From contig JBHPHK010000005.1 in NCBI GenBank assembly GCA_042569365.1, forward strand, positions 1 to 61,024: a DNA stretch of 61,024 nucleotides. Direction: 5' to 3'. Each line of letters opens with the position of its first letter. Positions within the stretch are counted from its first letter, which is position 1. Below the pieces are notes generated by a model, which was given only the letters and a program-made list of their open reading frames with translations, was not told the origin of the DNA and searched no databases. Origin of the DNA: Patescibacteria group bacterium (lineage in GTDB: Bacteria; Patescibacteriota; JAUYIX01; JBHPHK01). Made by a program: the position numbers and the translations under genes. Below are positions 28,643-38,038 of this stretch, piece after piece.

Positions 28643-29810
28643 CAATTTCCGGAGTTGTCCAGGCGACGGGAATATTGGTCGCTATAACATGTACCCACGT
28701 CTGACCCGGCATAAGAGGCACTTCCTTGTCTTTTTTTGGTCCGTAGTAAAACCTCAGCTCAGATGAAGGCGTAGCTTTCTTCCAGACACCTTGCGTGCGC
28801 TGCCCATTGCGATAAAAGTCTGCGGCGCCCTCACCCTCTAGATCTATCTCAACATACTGTTGATCTTGTCGCGGCAAATACCAAGTCGTGCGCATAATGA
28901 TCACATTCTCGACTTCAATTGTTTTGTTGGTGTTGTAGTCGATGTGCGGTTGACTGCCGTAGTACCGCGAATATGAATTGCTTTTTCCGTTATATTTATA
29001 TGTCACCGCAAAGTTTCCTGGCTGTCCCACAAAAAGCTCTCCCTCCGTAGGTCGATCAACAGGATAGTCATCCTCTGCAAAGAATCTATACGACTTCAAG
29101 TCTGTCGTAGTCTTATAGCCTTTTTCCTTGGCTATTTTTCTCAATTCTTTTGGATCCGCAAAACCATTATGTGGCGCATACAATCTATTCACGCGATAAA
29201 AACCGTTCGCATCCGGATAACGCATCACGTCGAGATTATCTACAAAACCCGCTGTTAGATACTTATTATAGGCTAGATAACTACCTCCCCAATGTGCGTA
29301 CAACGCGTCAAGACCTTTCGCAATCTCTACAAAGTCGTGCCGGCTAGAGCGCAGTGACCCGAGCTCTTTAGGGTCTTTTTCGATATAGACCGGCATCAAG
29401 CGCGTCATAACTCCCCTGCCGGCAGGCATTTCAAATACCCATTCAGCTTCCGAGAGTCCGCTTTGTGGGCGCGTATCAACATCTGAGGCCACCATAATCG
29501 CTAGCGGTCTACGTGTCGCTTCCGCCAAAGTCTCGACCGGCTCACCACTGAGTGGATTAAAGTATTGTGGCTTTTTCTCTTCTCCATTGTCGGGCAACTG
29601 CCCGTTCGGATCTACCTCCTCCTGCTTATTAAAACCAAAGTTCAACACCTCTTCTAATCCCACATAATTCTTCAGAGGAGTTGTAATAAATAAAATCATA
29701 GCAGCAATAATACCTGCTGTGATCAAAATCAATGTCCATAATATGCGCCACTGTTTGCGCTGTGATTTATCTGAGCTTATTTCATCATTCATGCTAAAGA
29801 ATTTTAGCAT
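28626..29810 (-). CDS. DUF3048 (YerB-like) membrane-anchored protein
   Basis: 394 aa with an N-terminal TM segment, then RPLAIMVASDVDTRPQSGLSEAEWVFEMPA, which is typical of DUF3048 as I recall it. Confidence 0.65.
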   Translation of the reverse strand: MLKFFSMNDEISSDKSQRKQWRILWTLILITAGIIAAMILFITTPLKNYVGLEEVLNFGFNKQEEVDPNGQLPDNGEEKKPQYFNPLSGEPVETLAEATRRPLAIMVASDVDTRPQSGLSEAEWVFEMPAGRGVMTRLMPVYIEKDPKELGSLRSSRHDFVEIAKGLDALYAHWGGSYLAYNKYLTAGFVDNLDVMRYPDANGFYRVNRLYAPHNGFADPKELRKIAKEKGYKTTTDLKSYRFFAEDDYPVDRPTEGELFVGQPGNFAVTYKYNGKSNSYSRYYGSQPHIDYNTNKTIEVENVIIMRTTWYLPRQDQQYVEIDLEGEGAADFYRNGQRTQGVWKKATPSSELRFYYGPKKDKEVPLMPGQTWVHVIATNIPVAWTTPEIENQPL

Positions 29811-29832
29811 GAAATTTTATTCTGCCAAATCT

Positions 29833-30474
29833 TTATTCTGAAACCTTATTATAATAATCCCTGAAGTAATCATCGATCAACGTCAGCTGGCCGTCTAGAT
29901 CGGAGTTAGACGTATCAACTACAGTATAACTAAACTCACCAGGCGACGGCATCTGAAATTTATTCTGGTACCGGCGATACTCTGCTGATGTTGCATGCTG
30001 TTTTACATTGTGCCCTTTGTAATTGTTTATATTACGGCGCTGGAGTCGATGCAGCGCGAGCTTGTCCGGCGTGGACGTAATTACCGTAAAGAGAAGTGTA
30101 TCAGCCGGCATATTCTTAACCAGTCGTTCGCGTTCATCGCGGGTCAAGAGCATGCCTTCAAATACTACGCCATGCCTACGCGACATCTCCTGACTCAGGA
30201 CCGAGTAGGCTGACTCACGTGCTCGTTTTAGTAAAAGTTTTGGAGAACCGCCTTGCTGCAAGAAACGATGTATCAAATTCTCGAAAGATAGATGCGCCAA
30301 GCGATGCTTCAGGGCGATGTAGCGCGCTAAGGCATTGCGACCAGAACCTGGCAGACCAGCTACTAATACGATGACAGGTCGGTTTAATTTTTTATATGTT
30401 TTTGTCAAAGTCCTTCTGGCGATTTTCTTTTCAGTTGGACTGACAAAGGGTTTTGTTGCGACTGAATAATGCAT
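29833..30474 (-). CDS. P-loop NTPase/kinase-like protein with a degenerate Walker A
   Basis: VIVLVAGLPGSGRNALA resembles an AAA_33/zeta-like small kinase fold. The start is set at ATG 30474 because the track's 5' extension reads through an intrinsic terminator. Confidence 0.55.
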   Translation of the reverse strand: MHYSVATKPFVSPTEKKIARRTLTKTYKKLNRPVIVLVAGLPGSGRNALARYIALKHRLAHLSFENLIHRFLQQGGSPKLLLKRARESAYSVLSQEMSRRHGVVFEGMLLTRDERERLVKNMPADTLLFTVITSTPDKLALHRLQRRNINNYKGHNVKQHATSAEYRRYQNKFQMPSPGEFSYTVVDTSNSDLDGQLTLIDDYFRDYYNKVSE

Positions 30475-30483
30475 AATTTTTAC

Positions 30484-30507
30484 AAAAAAACCGCTAGCTA
30501 AGCGGGT
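30484..30507 (-). terminator. Intrinsic terminator or attenuator immediately upstream of the P-loop gene
   Basis: On the minus strand: CCGCT-TAGCT-AGCGG followed by TTTTTTT, then 9 nt to ATG 30474. Confidence 0.55.
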
Positions 30508-30640
30508 TATGGACACACAGATTTTCAGAGCGCGCTGCATATTTGTGTTGCGCACTATTGTAATTGATTTTTCTTAAAACGCTTCTAGAAAAGCATTTGA
30601 GTACCATGTGCTAGTTTTGTTATTTTGTGCTTATAGTTTA

Positions 30641-30671
30641 CCACAAATAAAACAACAGCTCAACCGAGCTG
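30641..30671 (-). terminator. Intrinsic terminator after the 30691-31752 gene
   Basis: On the minus strand: CAGCTC-GGTT-GAGCTG followed by TTGTTTTATTT. Confidence 0.55.
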
Positions 30672-30690
30672 CTGCTTTACGTTAAATAGG

Positions 30691-31752
30691 CTAGTAAGAT
30701 CCGCCTGCCAGCTTTTCAGTATCATCGATCAGCCAGAGCGTGTAGTCTGCATCATAAACAACAGTAAGGACAATAGCCACTGTCCATTGGTTGTCTGTTG
30801 TCTTAGATTCATAAGCTACGTTGCCCTCGATCGTGAATTTAGACTCACTGTTTCGTTTTACATCTGTGATTCTGAAGTTCGTTGGTCCGGAGTAATGACG
30901 ATAACTGTCTGTTAAAACGTTAAAGTCAAATTCTGCTTCAAAAGCGTCCGTTACATAGCGGCGCACCTGAGCTTCAATACCAGCGATGTAAGCATCCATG
31001 AAACTTGTGACATGGACTTCTACCTCAGCCTGATCTTCTTCAGCCTGACGTTGCGCCTGCTCTAGCTCCTGCTGTTCTTTTTCAGCTGCCGCTAGACCTG
31101 CCTGATAATCACTTTGCAGTTCTCCCAAGTCTGTCGATAAGACAAATACCTCTTCTGGGATTCTTTCACTTATTGCTGCTCCTGCTATTATATAGAAGTC
31201 TGTGATACTGGTAAGTGCAGTGTCGCCAAAGTTGTTGGCTTGATCAAAGCTTCTTTCAGGAGCTGTACCAAGTTGTTCAAGAAGAGAATTCAATTCATCC
31301 AGATATTGGACATATGCTGCGATGAATTTGTAGTAACCGTTGACAATTTCTTGATCAGAACTCTTTGCTTTCTTATCACTCAAAGAAAATGTTTGATCTT
31401 TAGCTTCTTGAAGCGTATCAAAGACGATTCCCTGGAGCTCGCTTGTGTCGTCGACCTTTGCGATAGAAGTGGCCGCTTGGTTAACTTCCTCACTTTTTAA
31501 GACAAGTGTGTGAAAATTACTAACTACTTGCTCAGCACTAACTCGATCGCCTGTGAAAATATTTGTATTTCCAGCAATCAAGATATACGCAACAAAACCA
31601 ACAGAGACAACTGCTAGCGCTGCGCCCAACCAGCCAATAATTTCGCTGGCATGGCGATGATGTGTTTCTATATCAGACTTCTTTGTACTTTTTAGATTAG
31701 TCGTCTTAGTTTTTATATCATCGACTTTTTTGTTTTGCTTTTTTGAAGGCAT
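30691..31752 (-). CDS. Membrane-anchored coiled-coil protein, function unknown
   Basis: 353 aa with a basic N-terminus, one TM segment (IIGWLGAALAVVSVGFVAYILIA), a Q/E/A-rich coiled coil (AAAEKEQQELEQAQRQAEEDQAE) and a beta-rich C-terminal domain. Confidence 0.5.
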   Translation of the reverse strand: MPSKKQNKKVDDIKTKTTNLKSTKKSDIETHHRHASEIIGWLGAALAVVSVGFVAYILIAGNTNIFTGDRVSAEQVVSNFHTLVLKSEEVNQAATSIAKVDDTSELQGIVFDTLQEAKDQTFSLSDKKAKSSDQEIVNGYYKFIAAYVQYLDELNSLLEQLGTAPERSFDQANNFGDTALTSITDFYIIAGAAISERIPEEVFVLSTDLGELQSDYQAGLAAAEKEQQELEQAQRQAEEDQAEVEVHVTSFMDAYIAGIEAQVRRYVTDAFEAEFDFNVLTDSYRHYSGPTNFRITDVKRNSESKFTIEGNVAYESKTTDNQWTVAIVLTVVYDADYTLWLIDDTEKLAGGSY

Positions 31753-31813
31753 TTTATTTTTTAGTTAACAAAAAGACTTGTTTATTATAGAGAGTATTTG
31801 CTGTTAGTGTCAA

Positions 31814-32731
31814 CTAACCCCCCTTGGAATTTTTCATAAGTTCTGAGGGGTTTTTACTTTGAATTTTCCCAATAGCTTCTATTATTTCAGCAAAATAATT
31901 CTCATTGATTTGGTGATTACCACAAACATACTTACACGCCGTATCTTGTATATTGAAAGCAATTGCTCTCCTCCAATCTAGCAAATCTTCAGGTCTCTCT
32001 AGTTTATAATCACTAAGTGCAGTTCTAAAAAGTTTTTTTCCTAAACATCCTTCCGGCACAAACGAACTAACTAAAAGCTCTTCAAAAAATAGTTCGTTTG
32101 GAATATCATGATTTGTTATCTTACTGATCAGCTCGTCATTTTTATCGACAATGTTCTTTAGCTTAGATCTGAGAACAGAATTTTTCCTGAGCATTAGATG
32201 AAATAATTCATGAACCAAAACACCACAAGAGAAAAGATTTTGTGGTTTCTTTAGGTTGTACGGAATCTCAATGACTATAAAACTTTTTTCAGGGGTCCAT
32301 GAAAACCACGCATGGATCTCTTTGTCGTTATTAATAGGATCTGATATAAGGTAAATCGGTGTTTGGGATAATTTAAAATCTGGAACGTCAGTTAATTCTT
32401 TTAGATGTAAAATAGCCTGCTTTAATAATGACTGGTTATTTTGAAAATACTGTTTCCACTTAATTAAATTCTGCAAACTACCTTTCCATTGTTTATAAAA
32501 AACAGGTTCTAACTGAACCATGCTCTCCTCTATTTTTTTAGCATTTTGATTACCAATTGTCTTGCCTAGAGTTTTCAAAATTTCTTTTTTTTCTTTACCG
32601 AAAAATTGCGTACTTAAACATTCGTTAAAAAAGTATTTTTTTAAGTCTAAATCAGTTAGATAATTTTCCTGTTTTTTCTGAACAAAGAATAGAAAATTAG
32701 AATAATCAGAGATTATAATAGGCAATTGCAT
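31814..32731 (-). CDS. HExxH-motif protein (putative zinc metallopeptidase-like), function unknown
   Basis: 305 aa from ATG 32731, containing VLVHELFHLM. The gene is strongly AT-rich. The track ORF's first 34 codons are a translation of tRNA-Lys. Confidence 0.55.
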   Translation of the reverse strand: MQLPIIISDYSNFLFFVQKKQENYLTDLDLKKYFFNECLSTQFFGKEKKEILKTLGKTIGNQNAKKIEESMVQLEPVFYKQWKGSLQNLIKWKQYFQNNQSLLKQAILHLKELTDVPDFKLSQTPIYLISDPINNDKEIHAWFSWTPEKSFIVIEIPYNLKKPQNLFSCGVLVHELFHLMLRKNSVLRSKLKNIVDKNDELISKITNHDIPNELFFEELLVSSFVPEGCLGKKLFRTALSDYKLERPEDLLDWRRAIAFNIQDTACKYVCGNHQINENYFAEIIEAIGKIQSKNPSELMKNSKGG

Positions 32732-32772
32732 AAAAATTATTCCTAATCTAGATTTTGACTCAATCAAGTATA

Positions 32773-32849
32773 TGGTAGGCCCAGCAGGATTCGAACCTGC
32801 GACCGTCTCCTTAAAAGGGAGCTGCTCTACCAAGCTGAGCTATGGACCC
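32773..32849 (-). tRNA. tRNA-Lys (anticodon UUU), CCA encoded
   Basis: GGGTCCATAGCTCAGCTTGGTAGAGCAGCTCCCTTTTAAGGAGACGGTCGCAGGTTCGAATCCTGCTGGGCCTACCA folds by hand into a cloverleaf with anticodon loop CTTTTAA. Confidence 0.92.
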
Positions 32850-32914
32850 GTAATTTCTACTTTAAAACAGTATAACAAAAGTTAACGCAACTACGCAGTC
32901 TTGTCAAGGCCTAT

Positions 32915-33463
32915 TTAAGTTTCATCATCATCCCGTAGCGGTCTCGGCTTTTTGCCACGCGAAAAGATCATTGCCAAGATCGGCAAGACGATCCATAAGA
33001 AACGTGCCGTATCTGAGATGAAGAATCCGCGCATTGCGGCAGTGAAGCGCTCTGCAAACTCTGGAGGCAAGTATGAAAGTACGATGCTGATCAATAAACC
33101 AACATGCAAAAAACTAAACAGCAAAATCTGCCACCATTTTCCGTCGTCATCGGCACGCGCTACGGTCCTTAGAAGCGCTGAACGAGATAACAGGAAGAAC
33201 AGGATCACAAATACTCCAACGAAGGCTGAGATACGTATCGCGAAGAGCTGTTCTATTCCGAGCGAGGTTGTAATGCTTTCTCCGATGAAAGGCGCGAAAG
33301 TCACAACGGCAAGTGCCATGTAGGTAGAAATAAGAATCACGATAATTCTGTCTCTACCCAAAGAAAAGCCGTACAGCAAAGCGGCAATTACAAAAAATAA
33401 AATAATGAATAAATCCCAGCTTGGATTGCTCAAATTGAGGCTGGACATCAATTCAGCGGCCAT
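32915..33463 (-). CDS. Integral membrane protein, CvpA-like
   Basis: 182 aa with about 4 TM segments. The N-terminus WDLFIILFFVIAALLYGFSLGRDRIIVIL resembles the CvpA family pattern. Confidence 0.5.
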   Translation of the reverse strand: MAAELMSSLNLSNPSWDLFIILFFVIAALLYGFSLGRDRIIVILISTYMALAVVTFAPFIGESITTSLGIEQLFAIRISAFVGVFVILFFLLSRSALLRTVARADDDGKWWQILLFSFLHVGLLISIVLSYLPPEFAERFTAAMRGFFISDTARFLWIVLPILAMIFSRGKKPRPLRDDDET

Positions 33464-33590
33464 AAATATAGTATAATCTCTTAAGTCTCGAGTGGTATCG
33501 CTTTAACAGCTATCCCACACTTGCCGAAATTATACCATAAAGCCTTGGGGATAACAAGGATGGCTCCTATGGCTTTCTAAGGGCTCTTTA

Positions 33591-34694
33591 TTAGCGAAAT
33601 AGGCCCTTTTTCTTGCGTTTTAGTTTAGGCTGTTTTTCTACGCTTGATAACTGCTCTAGTAGCTCTTTTTCTTTGGCTGATACTTTTTTCGGCACAACTA
33701 TTCGCGCGATCGCGTAATGATCTCCTGTGCGTGTTTGATTCGGGAAAGGCATCCCTGCGTTTGTTATTCTAAATTTGGTTCCGCTTTGCGTACCGGTCGG
33801 GATTTTAAGCTTCTTGTCTCCAGCTAAAGTGTCTATGTTTTTGGTCGCGCCCAGCGCTGCCTCTGTAAATGTAACTGGAAACTCTGAATAGATATCTGCG
33901 CCGTCTCTTTCAAATTTATCAGACTCTCGTACGCCTACGCGTATCAAAAGATCGCCGGCTTCAGTACCGTGTGGTCCGGCATTGCCTGCGCCATTTACTC
34001 TGATCAAATGTTCATCGTTGATCCCGGCAGGAATCTTGATTTTCATTTGTTTAGTTGTCTTAATGCGACCTTCAGCATGACATATTTTACAGGGCTCTTC
34101 TGGGATTTTGCCCTGGCCCTTACATGCCGGGCAAACAGCCCGCTGCTGCATGACACCAAGCATAGTTTGCCTTGTCTGAACAACCTCTCCCTTACCGTCA
34201 CATTCTTTACACTCCTTAATAGGTGTACCTGGCTCTGCTAAATTTCCTTTACAGTGGTCACATTTTGCCTGAATCGGATATTCAATATTTTTTGTTAAAC
34301 CTCTGTATGCTTCTTCAAGATCGATCAGAAATTCTAGACCGATGTCTGCGCCTCTTTCTTGTTGCCGACCTCTCCTGCCTCCCCCGCCAAAAAGATCTCC
34401 AAAGATGCTACCCAAATCGTTGAAGTCAAAATTTCCATACTGTCCGCCGTATGCTCCCCCGCCTCCCGGTCCTCCTCCAGCCTGATCAAAAGTTTTTCCA
34501 AACTGGTCGTATTGCTTGCGTTTATCCGCATTCGATAAGACCTGATAAGCCTCATTGGCTTTCTTAAACTTTTCTGCATCACCATTGGGCTTATCGGGAT
34601 GTAGTTCGTGGGCTTTTTTGCGGAACGCTTTTTTGATCTCCTCATCTGTCGCGCCCCGCTCAACGCCTAATATCTCGTAGTAGTCTTCGGGCAT
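33591..34694 (-). CDS. dnaJ: Molecular chaperone DnaJ
   Basis: 367 aa with a J domain (DYYEILGV, HPD), a G-rich linker and four CxxCxG zinc motifs. Confidence 0.95.
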   Translation of the reverse strand: MPEDYYEILGVERGATDEEIKKAFRKKAHELHPDKPNGDAEKFKKANEAYQVLSNADKRKQYDQFGKTFDQAGGGPGGGGAYGGQYGNFDFNDLGSIFGDLFGGGGRRGRQQERGADIGLEFLIDLEEAYRGLTKNIEYPIQAKCDHCKGNLAEPGTPIKECKECDGKGEVVQTRQTMLGVMQQRAVCPACKGQGKIPEEPCKICHAEGRIKTTKQMKIKIPAGINDEHLIRVNGAGNAGPHGTEAGDLLIRVGVRESDKFERDGADIYSEFPVTFTEAALGATKNIDTLAGDKKLKIPTGTQSGTKFRITNAGMPFPNQTRTGDHYAIARIVVPKKVSAKEKELLEQLSSVEKQPKLKRKKKGLFR

Positions 34695-34715
34695 TCGCTA
34701 GCTCTCGTTTTTAGA

Positions 34716-36644
34716 TTATTTCTTAGGATCCTCTTCGACCTCGCCTTCGACGACATCTTCATCTTTCTTGTCATCTTTTTTTGCATCTTTATCGTCCTTG
34801 CTGTCACCAGCTTTAGCTTGCGCGGCCTGCTCAGCTTTCGCTGCCTCTTGATAAAGTGCAGTGCCGACTTTTTGGATTTCACTTTCTAACTCTTCTGTGG
34901 CCTTGTCGATTTTTTCCTTATCATCACTGTCTTTTACTTTCTTGAGAGCTTCGACTTTTTCATCGATATTTTTCTTGTCTTTCTTGTCGACTTTATCGCC
35001 CGCTTCTTTAAGAGTACGTTCGGTAGTAGCAATGATGCCGTCCGCTTTGATCTGTGCTTCCACGAGATCCTTCTTTTTCTTGTCATCTGTTGCATGCTCT
35101 TCGGCGTCTTTTTGCATCTTTTCTACCTCTTCATCTGAGAGCCCAGAAGTTCCGGAAATAGTAATTTTTTGTTCTTTACTAGTAGCTTTGTCTTTAGCGG
35201 TAACGTTAATGATGCCGTTTGCGTCGATATCAAAGCTGACCTCAATCTGAGGAACGCCGCGTGGCGCTGGCGGAATACTATCTAACGTGAAGCGTCCGAG
35301 GGTTTTGTTGTCCTTAGCAAATTCGCGTTCTCCTTGGACTACATGGATTTCTACCTGCGGCTGGTTATCGCTCGCGGTTGAGAAAATCTGAGACTTACTG
35401 GCCGGAATCGTCGTGTTGCGCTCGATAAGCTTCGTGCTGACGCCTCCGAGAGTTTCGATACCAAGTGCTAAAGGAGTAACATCTAAGAGCAGAACATCTT
35501 TGACGTCGCCCTGCATGATTCCTCCCTGAGTCGCAGCTCCGATCGCTACAACTTCATCAGGATTAATGCCCTTATGAGGCTTTTTACCGAAGAATTCTTC
35601 GATAGCTTTCTGGACAGCTGGCATACGTGTTTGACCACCCACAAGAATAATCTCGTCGATGTCGTCTTTTTCTAGATTGGCGTCTGCGATCGCGCTCTTG
35701 ACTGGCTCAAGTGTTTTCTTGATTAGATCGTCAGTCAACTCTTCAAGGGTTGTGCGAGTCATTTTAAGATTCAAGTGTTTTGGACCTTCATCGCCCGTTG
35801 TAATGAATGGTTCGTTGATCTCAGTCTCCATAGCGCTTGAGAGCTCGTGTTTGGCCTTCTCAGCCGCTTCCTTGACGCGCTGGACTGCAAGACGGTCTTC
35901 TGCTAGATCAATTCCCTGATCCTTTTTAAACTCTTCAATGATCCAATGGATAATCGCCTGATCAAAGTCATCTCCACCAAGATGCGTATCACCAGTTGTT
36001 GATTTTACTTCAACAGTGTCATCACCTACTTCTAGAACAGATACATCGAATGTTCCGCCTCCAAGGTCATAGACCAGGATTTTTTCTTGCTTCTTTTTAT
36101 CGAGGCCGTATGAAAGTGCAGCCGCTGTTGGCTCGTTGATGATGCGCTTGACTTCAAGTCCTGCGATCTTACCCGCATCTTTGGTAGCCTGGCGCTGGTT
36201 GTCATCGAAATAAGCCGGCACTGTAATAATTGCCTCTTTTACCTGTTCGCCGAGGTATTCTTCTGCGTCGGCTTTGAGCTTTTGAAGCGTCATGGCAGAG
36301 ATCTCCTGGGTAGTATACTCCTTATCACCCATCACGATCACAATACCGCCATCGCTGCCCTCTTTTATTTTGTAGGGTAGCAACTTTATATCACCTTGCA
36401 CTTCCGGATCATCAAAACGACGTCCAATAAAGCGCTTCACGCTATAGATCGTATTGTCTGGATTGGTCACCGCCTGTCGCTTCGCGACCTGCCCGACGAC
36501 ACGTTCGCCATCTGACTTGATGGCAACGATCGAAGGTGTAGTACGGTTACCCTCTTTGTTTTCAATAATTTTTGCCTCGCCGCCTTCGACTACCGCCATA
36601 GCAGAGTTTGTGGTTCCGAGGTCGATTCCAATAATTTTAGACAT
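34716..36644 (-). CDS. dnaK: Molecular chaperone DnaK
   Basis: 642 aa with [17 protein letters not shown] and an acidic C-terminal tail. Confidence 0.98.
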   Translation of the reverse strand: MSKIIGIDLGTTNSAMAVVEGGEAKIIENKEGNRTTPSIVAIKSDGERVVGQVAKRQAVTNPDNTIYSVKRFIGRRFDDPEVQGDIKLLPYKIKEGSDGGIVIVMGDKEYTTQEISAMTLQKLKADAEEYLGEQVKEAIITVPAYFDDNQRQATKDAGKIAGLEVKRIINEPTAAALSYGLDKKKQEKILVYDLGGGTFDVSVLEVGDDTVEVKSTTGDTHLGGDDFDQAIIHWIIEEFKKDQGIDLAEDRLAVQRVKEAAEKAKHELSSAMETEINEPFITTGDEGPKHLNLKMTRTTLEELTDDLIKKTLEPVKSAIADANLEKDDIDEIILVGGQTRMPAVQKAIEEFFGKKPHKGINPDEVVAIGAATQGGIMQGDVKDVLLLDVTPLALGIETLGGVSTKLIERNTTIPASKSQIFSTASDNQPQVEIHVVQGEREFAKDNKTLGRFTLDSIPPAPRGVPQIEVSFDIDANGIINVTAKDKATSKEQKITISGTSGLSDEEVEKMQKDAEEHATDDKKKKDLVEAQIKADGIIATTERTLKEAGDKVDKKDKKNIDEKVEALKKVKDSDDKEKIDKATEELESEIQKVGTALYQEAAKAEQAAQAKAGDSKDDKDAKKDDKKDEDVVEGEVEEDPKK

Positions 36645-36676
36645 AAGTTTTATTAATTAATAATGAATTATTTAAA

Positions 36677-37174
36677 TTAGTTGCCGTTGCCGACAGTGAC
36701 GTGGCTCGGGCGTAAAATTTTATCGCCCAGACGATAACCCCTGCGGACTTCTGAGATTACTTCGTCTTTTGGTCCAGTGACTTGCTCAACGGCATGGTGC
36801 AAGTTTGGATCAAATGTTTCGCCGACGCTCTGGATCTTTTCAATGCCCTGTTCCTCAAGATACTTTTCTATCTGCTGCTTAATGAAGTCAAACCCTTTCA
36901 CCCACTCAGAATTCTGGTCTTCAGGTTTTAAGCCATCAAAGGCTGCGTTAAAATTGTCGAGGATTGGCAGGAGATCTTGCACGATTTCACTGCGTACACT
37001 TTGACGCATTTCAAGCTGACGCTTCTCGACCTGTTTTTCTAGATTTTTGAAGTCTGCCTTAGCGCGTTGCCAGCCGGCAAAGTTTTCCTCAGATATTTTC
37101 TTATAATCCTTCTTCTGTATTTTCTCTGCTATTTTATGTTTTGCAGATTTGGTAGGTTGCTTTTTCTTCGGCAT
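36677..37174 (-). CDS. grpE: Nucleotide exchange factor GrpE
   Basis: 165 aa with the typical GrpE C-terminus (FDPNLHHAV, GYRLGDKILRPSHV). Confidence 0.9.
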   Translation of the reverse strand: MPKKKQPTKSAKHKIAEKIQKKDYKKISEENFAGWQRAKADFKNLEKQVEKRQLEMRQSVRSEIVQDLLPILDNFNAAFDGLKPEDQNSEWVKGFDFIKQQIEKYLEEQGIEKIQSVGETFDPNLHHAVEQVTGPKDEVISEVRRGYRLGDKILRPSHVTVGNGN

Positions 37175-37177
37175 TTT

Positions 37178-37924
37178 TTAAGTAACTGTTATAACGATTA
37201 GAAATCCCATCATCCCTCCAGAGATAAGTTTGCTTAAGTAGCGGAGCATGGGAATGTTGCGTTCGTAGTTCATGCGTGTTGGACCCAGCAGGGCTAAGTA
37301 ACCTTTCTTGCCTTCGCCAGACTTGAATTCCGAGACTAGGACCGTATAGTTTTGTCCAAAGTGTGCTTCCTCTCCGATATACACATTGCAGCAGTCGCCG
37401 TCTTTATTAGCGGGCAGATGTGTAAGCTCGTCGAGATACTGACTAGGATCGTCAAAAAACTCGGCGATCTCTTTTACACGTTCCTGATCTGCAAACTCGG
37501 GTTGCTGGAGAAGTTTGCTGATGCCATAGCGATAGACTCGTTCTCCCGGTTTTATTCCCAGAGAAATGGAATCAGACAACTCCGCCATCGCCCGAACAGT
37601 CGTGCGCACAATATCATCCTGCCTTTTTTCAAGCTCTTTCATGCGATTTTTGAGAACTTGCTGTTCTTTAATGTTCAGGTCAGGCTTTTTTATTAACTCC
37701 TGTACATACAGACGATAACCTTTCTCAGTCGGAATACGCCCCGCGCTTGTGTGCGGCTGCGTAATGTAGCCCGCCTTTTCCAGTGCCGCCAATTCGTTGC
37801 GCATCGTAGCCGAGCTAACCTTAAAATTCCTGGTTTTTACCAGCTCCTGTGAACTAACAGGCTTTTTGGTCTCTACATACTTAGAGATCAGATTCTTAAG
37901 TATTTTTCGTTGACGAATAGTCAT
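37178..37924 (-). CDS. hrcA: Heat-inducible transcription repressor HrcA (short form)
   Basis: 248 aa with a winged-helix N-terminus (RQRKILKNLISKYVETKKPVSSQELV, MRNELAALEKAGYITQPHTSAGRIPT). It heads the grpE-dnaK-dnaJ operon. Confidence 0.85.
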   Translation of the reverse strand: MTIRQRKILKNLISKYVETKKPVSSQELVKTRNFKVSSATMRNELAALEKAGYITQPHTSAGRIPTEKGYRLYVQELIKKPDLNIKEQQVLKNRMKELEKRQDDIVRTTVRAMAELSDSISLGIKPGERVYRYGISKLLQQPEFADQERVKEIAEFFDDPSQYLDELTHLPANKDGDCCNVYIGEEAHFGQNYTVLVSEFKSGEGKKGYLALLGPTRMNYERNIPMLRYLSKLISGGMMGFLIVITVT

Positions 37925-37927
37925 AAG

Positions 37928-37954
37928 TTGGCAGTCGCGTATTTAGAGTGCTAA
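37928..37954 (-). promoter_or_regulatory. CIRCE operator (HrcA binding site)
   Basis: On the minus strand: TTAGCACTC-N9-GACTGCCAA, compared with the consensus TTAGCACTC-N9-GAGTGCTAA. The first arm is perfect and the second matches 7/9. It ends 3 nt before the hrcA ATG. Confidence 0.6.
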
Positions 37955-37959
37955 TTTTT

Positions 37960-37987
37960 AGTATACTACCCTCTTGAAACACGTCAA
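37960..37987 (-). promoter_or_regulatory. Sigma70-type promoter of the hrcA operon
   Basis: On the minus strand: TTGACG (37982-37987), 16-nt spacer, TATACT (37960-37965). It lies 5 nt upstream of CIRCE. Confidence 0.5.
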
Positions 37988-38038
37988 GTCTTTGTTTTAA
38001 TGCTATAATTTAGCCATCGAACCATTAACAAATCAGTT

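Noticed and set aside
30475-30555. 5' extension of the P-loop ORF (MRNTNMQRALKICVSITRLASGFFVKI).
   Set aside because: It reads straight through a hairpin plus T7 intrinsic terminator. ATG 30474 just downstream gives a sensible N-terminus.
31753-31813. Search for direct repeats of the tRNA-Lys or tRNA-Glu 3' halves at the distal ends of the AT-rich patches (att sites).
   Set aside because: By eye there is no match longer than 7 nt (CCCGTGT near 52842). No integrase or recombinase gene is present, so I do not call mobile elements.
32732-32833. N-terminal 34 codons of track ORF 31814-32833 (MVEQLPFKETVAGSNPAGPTIY...).
   Set aside because: This stretch is the translation of tRNA-Lys(UUU) on the same strand (32773-32849). 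The real CDS most likely starts at ATG 32731.
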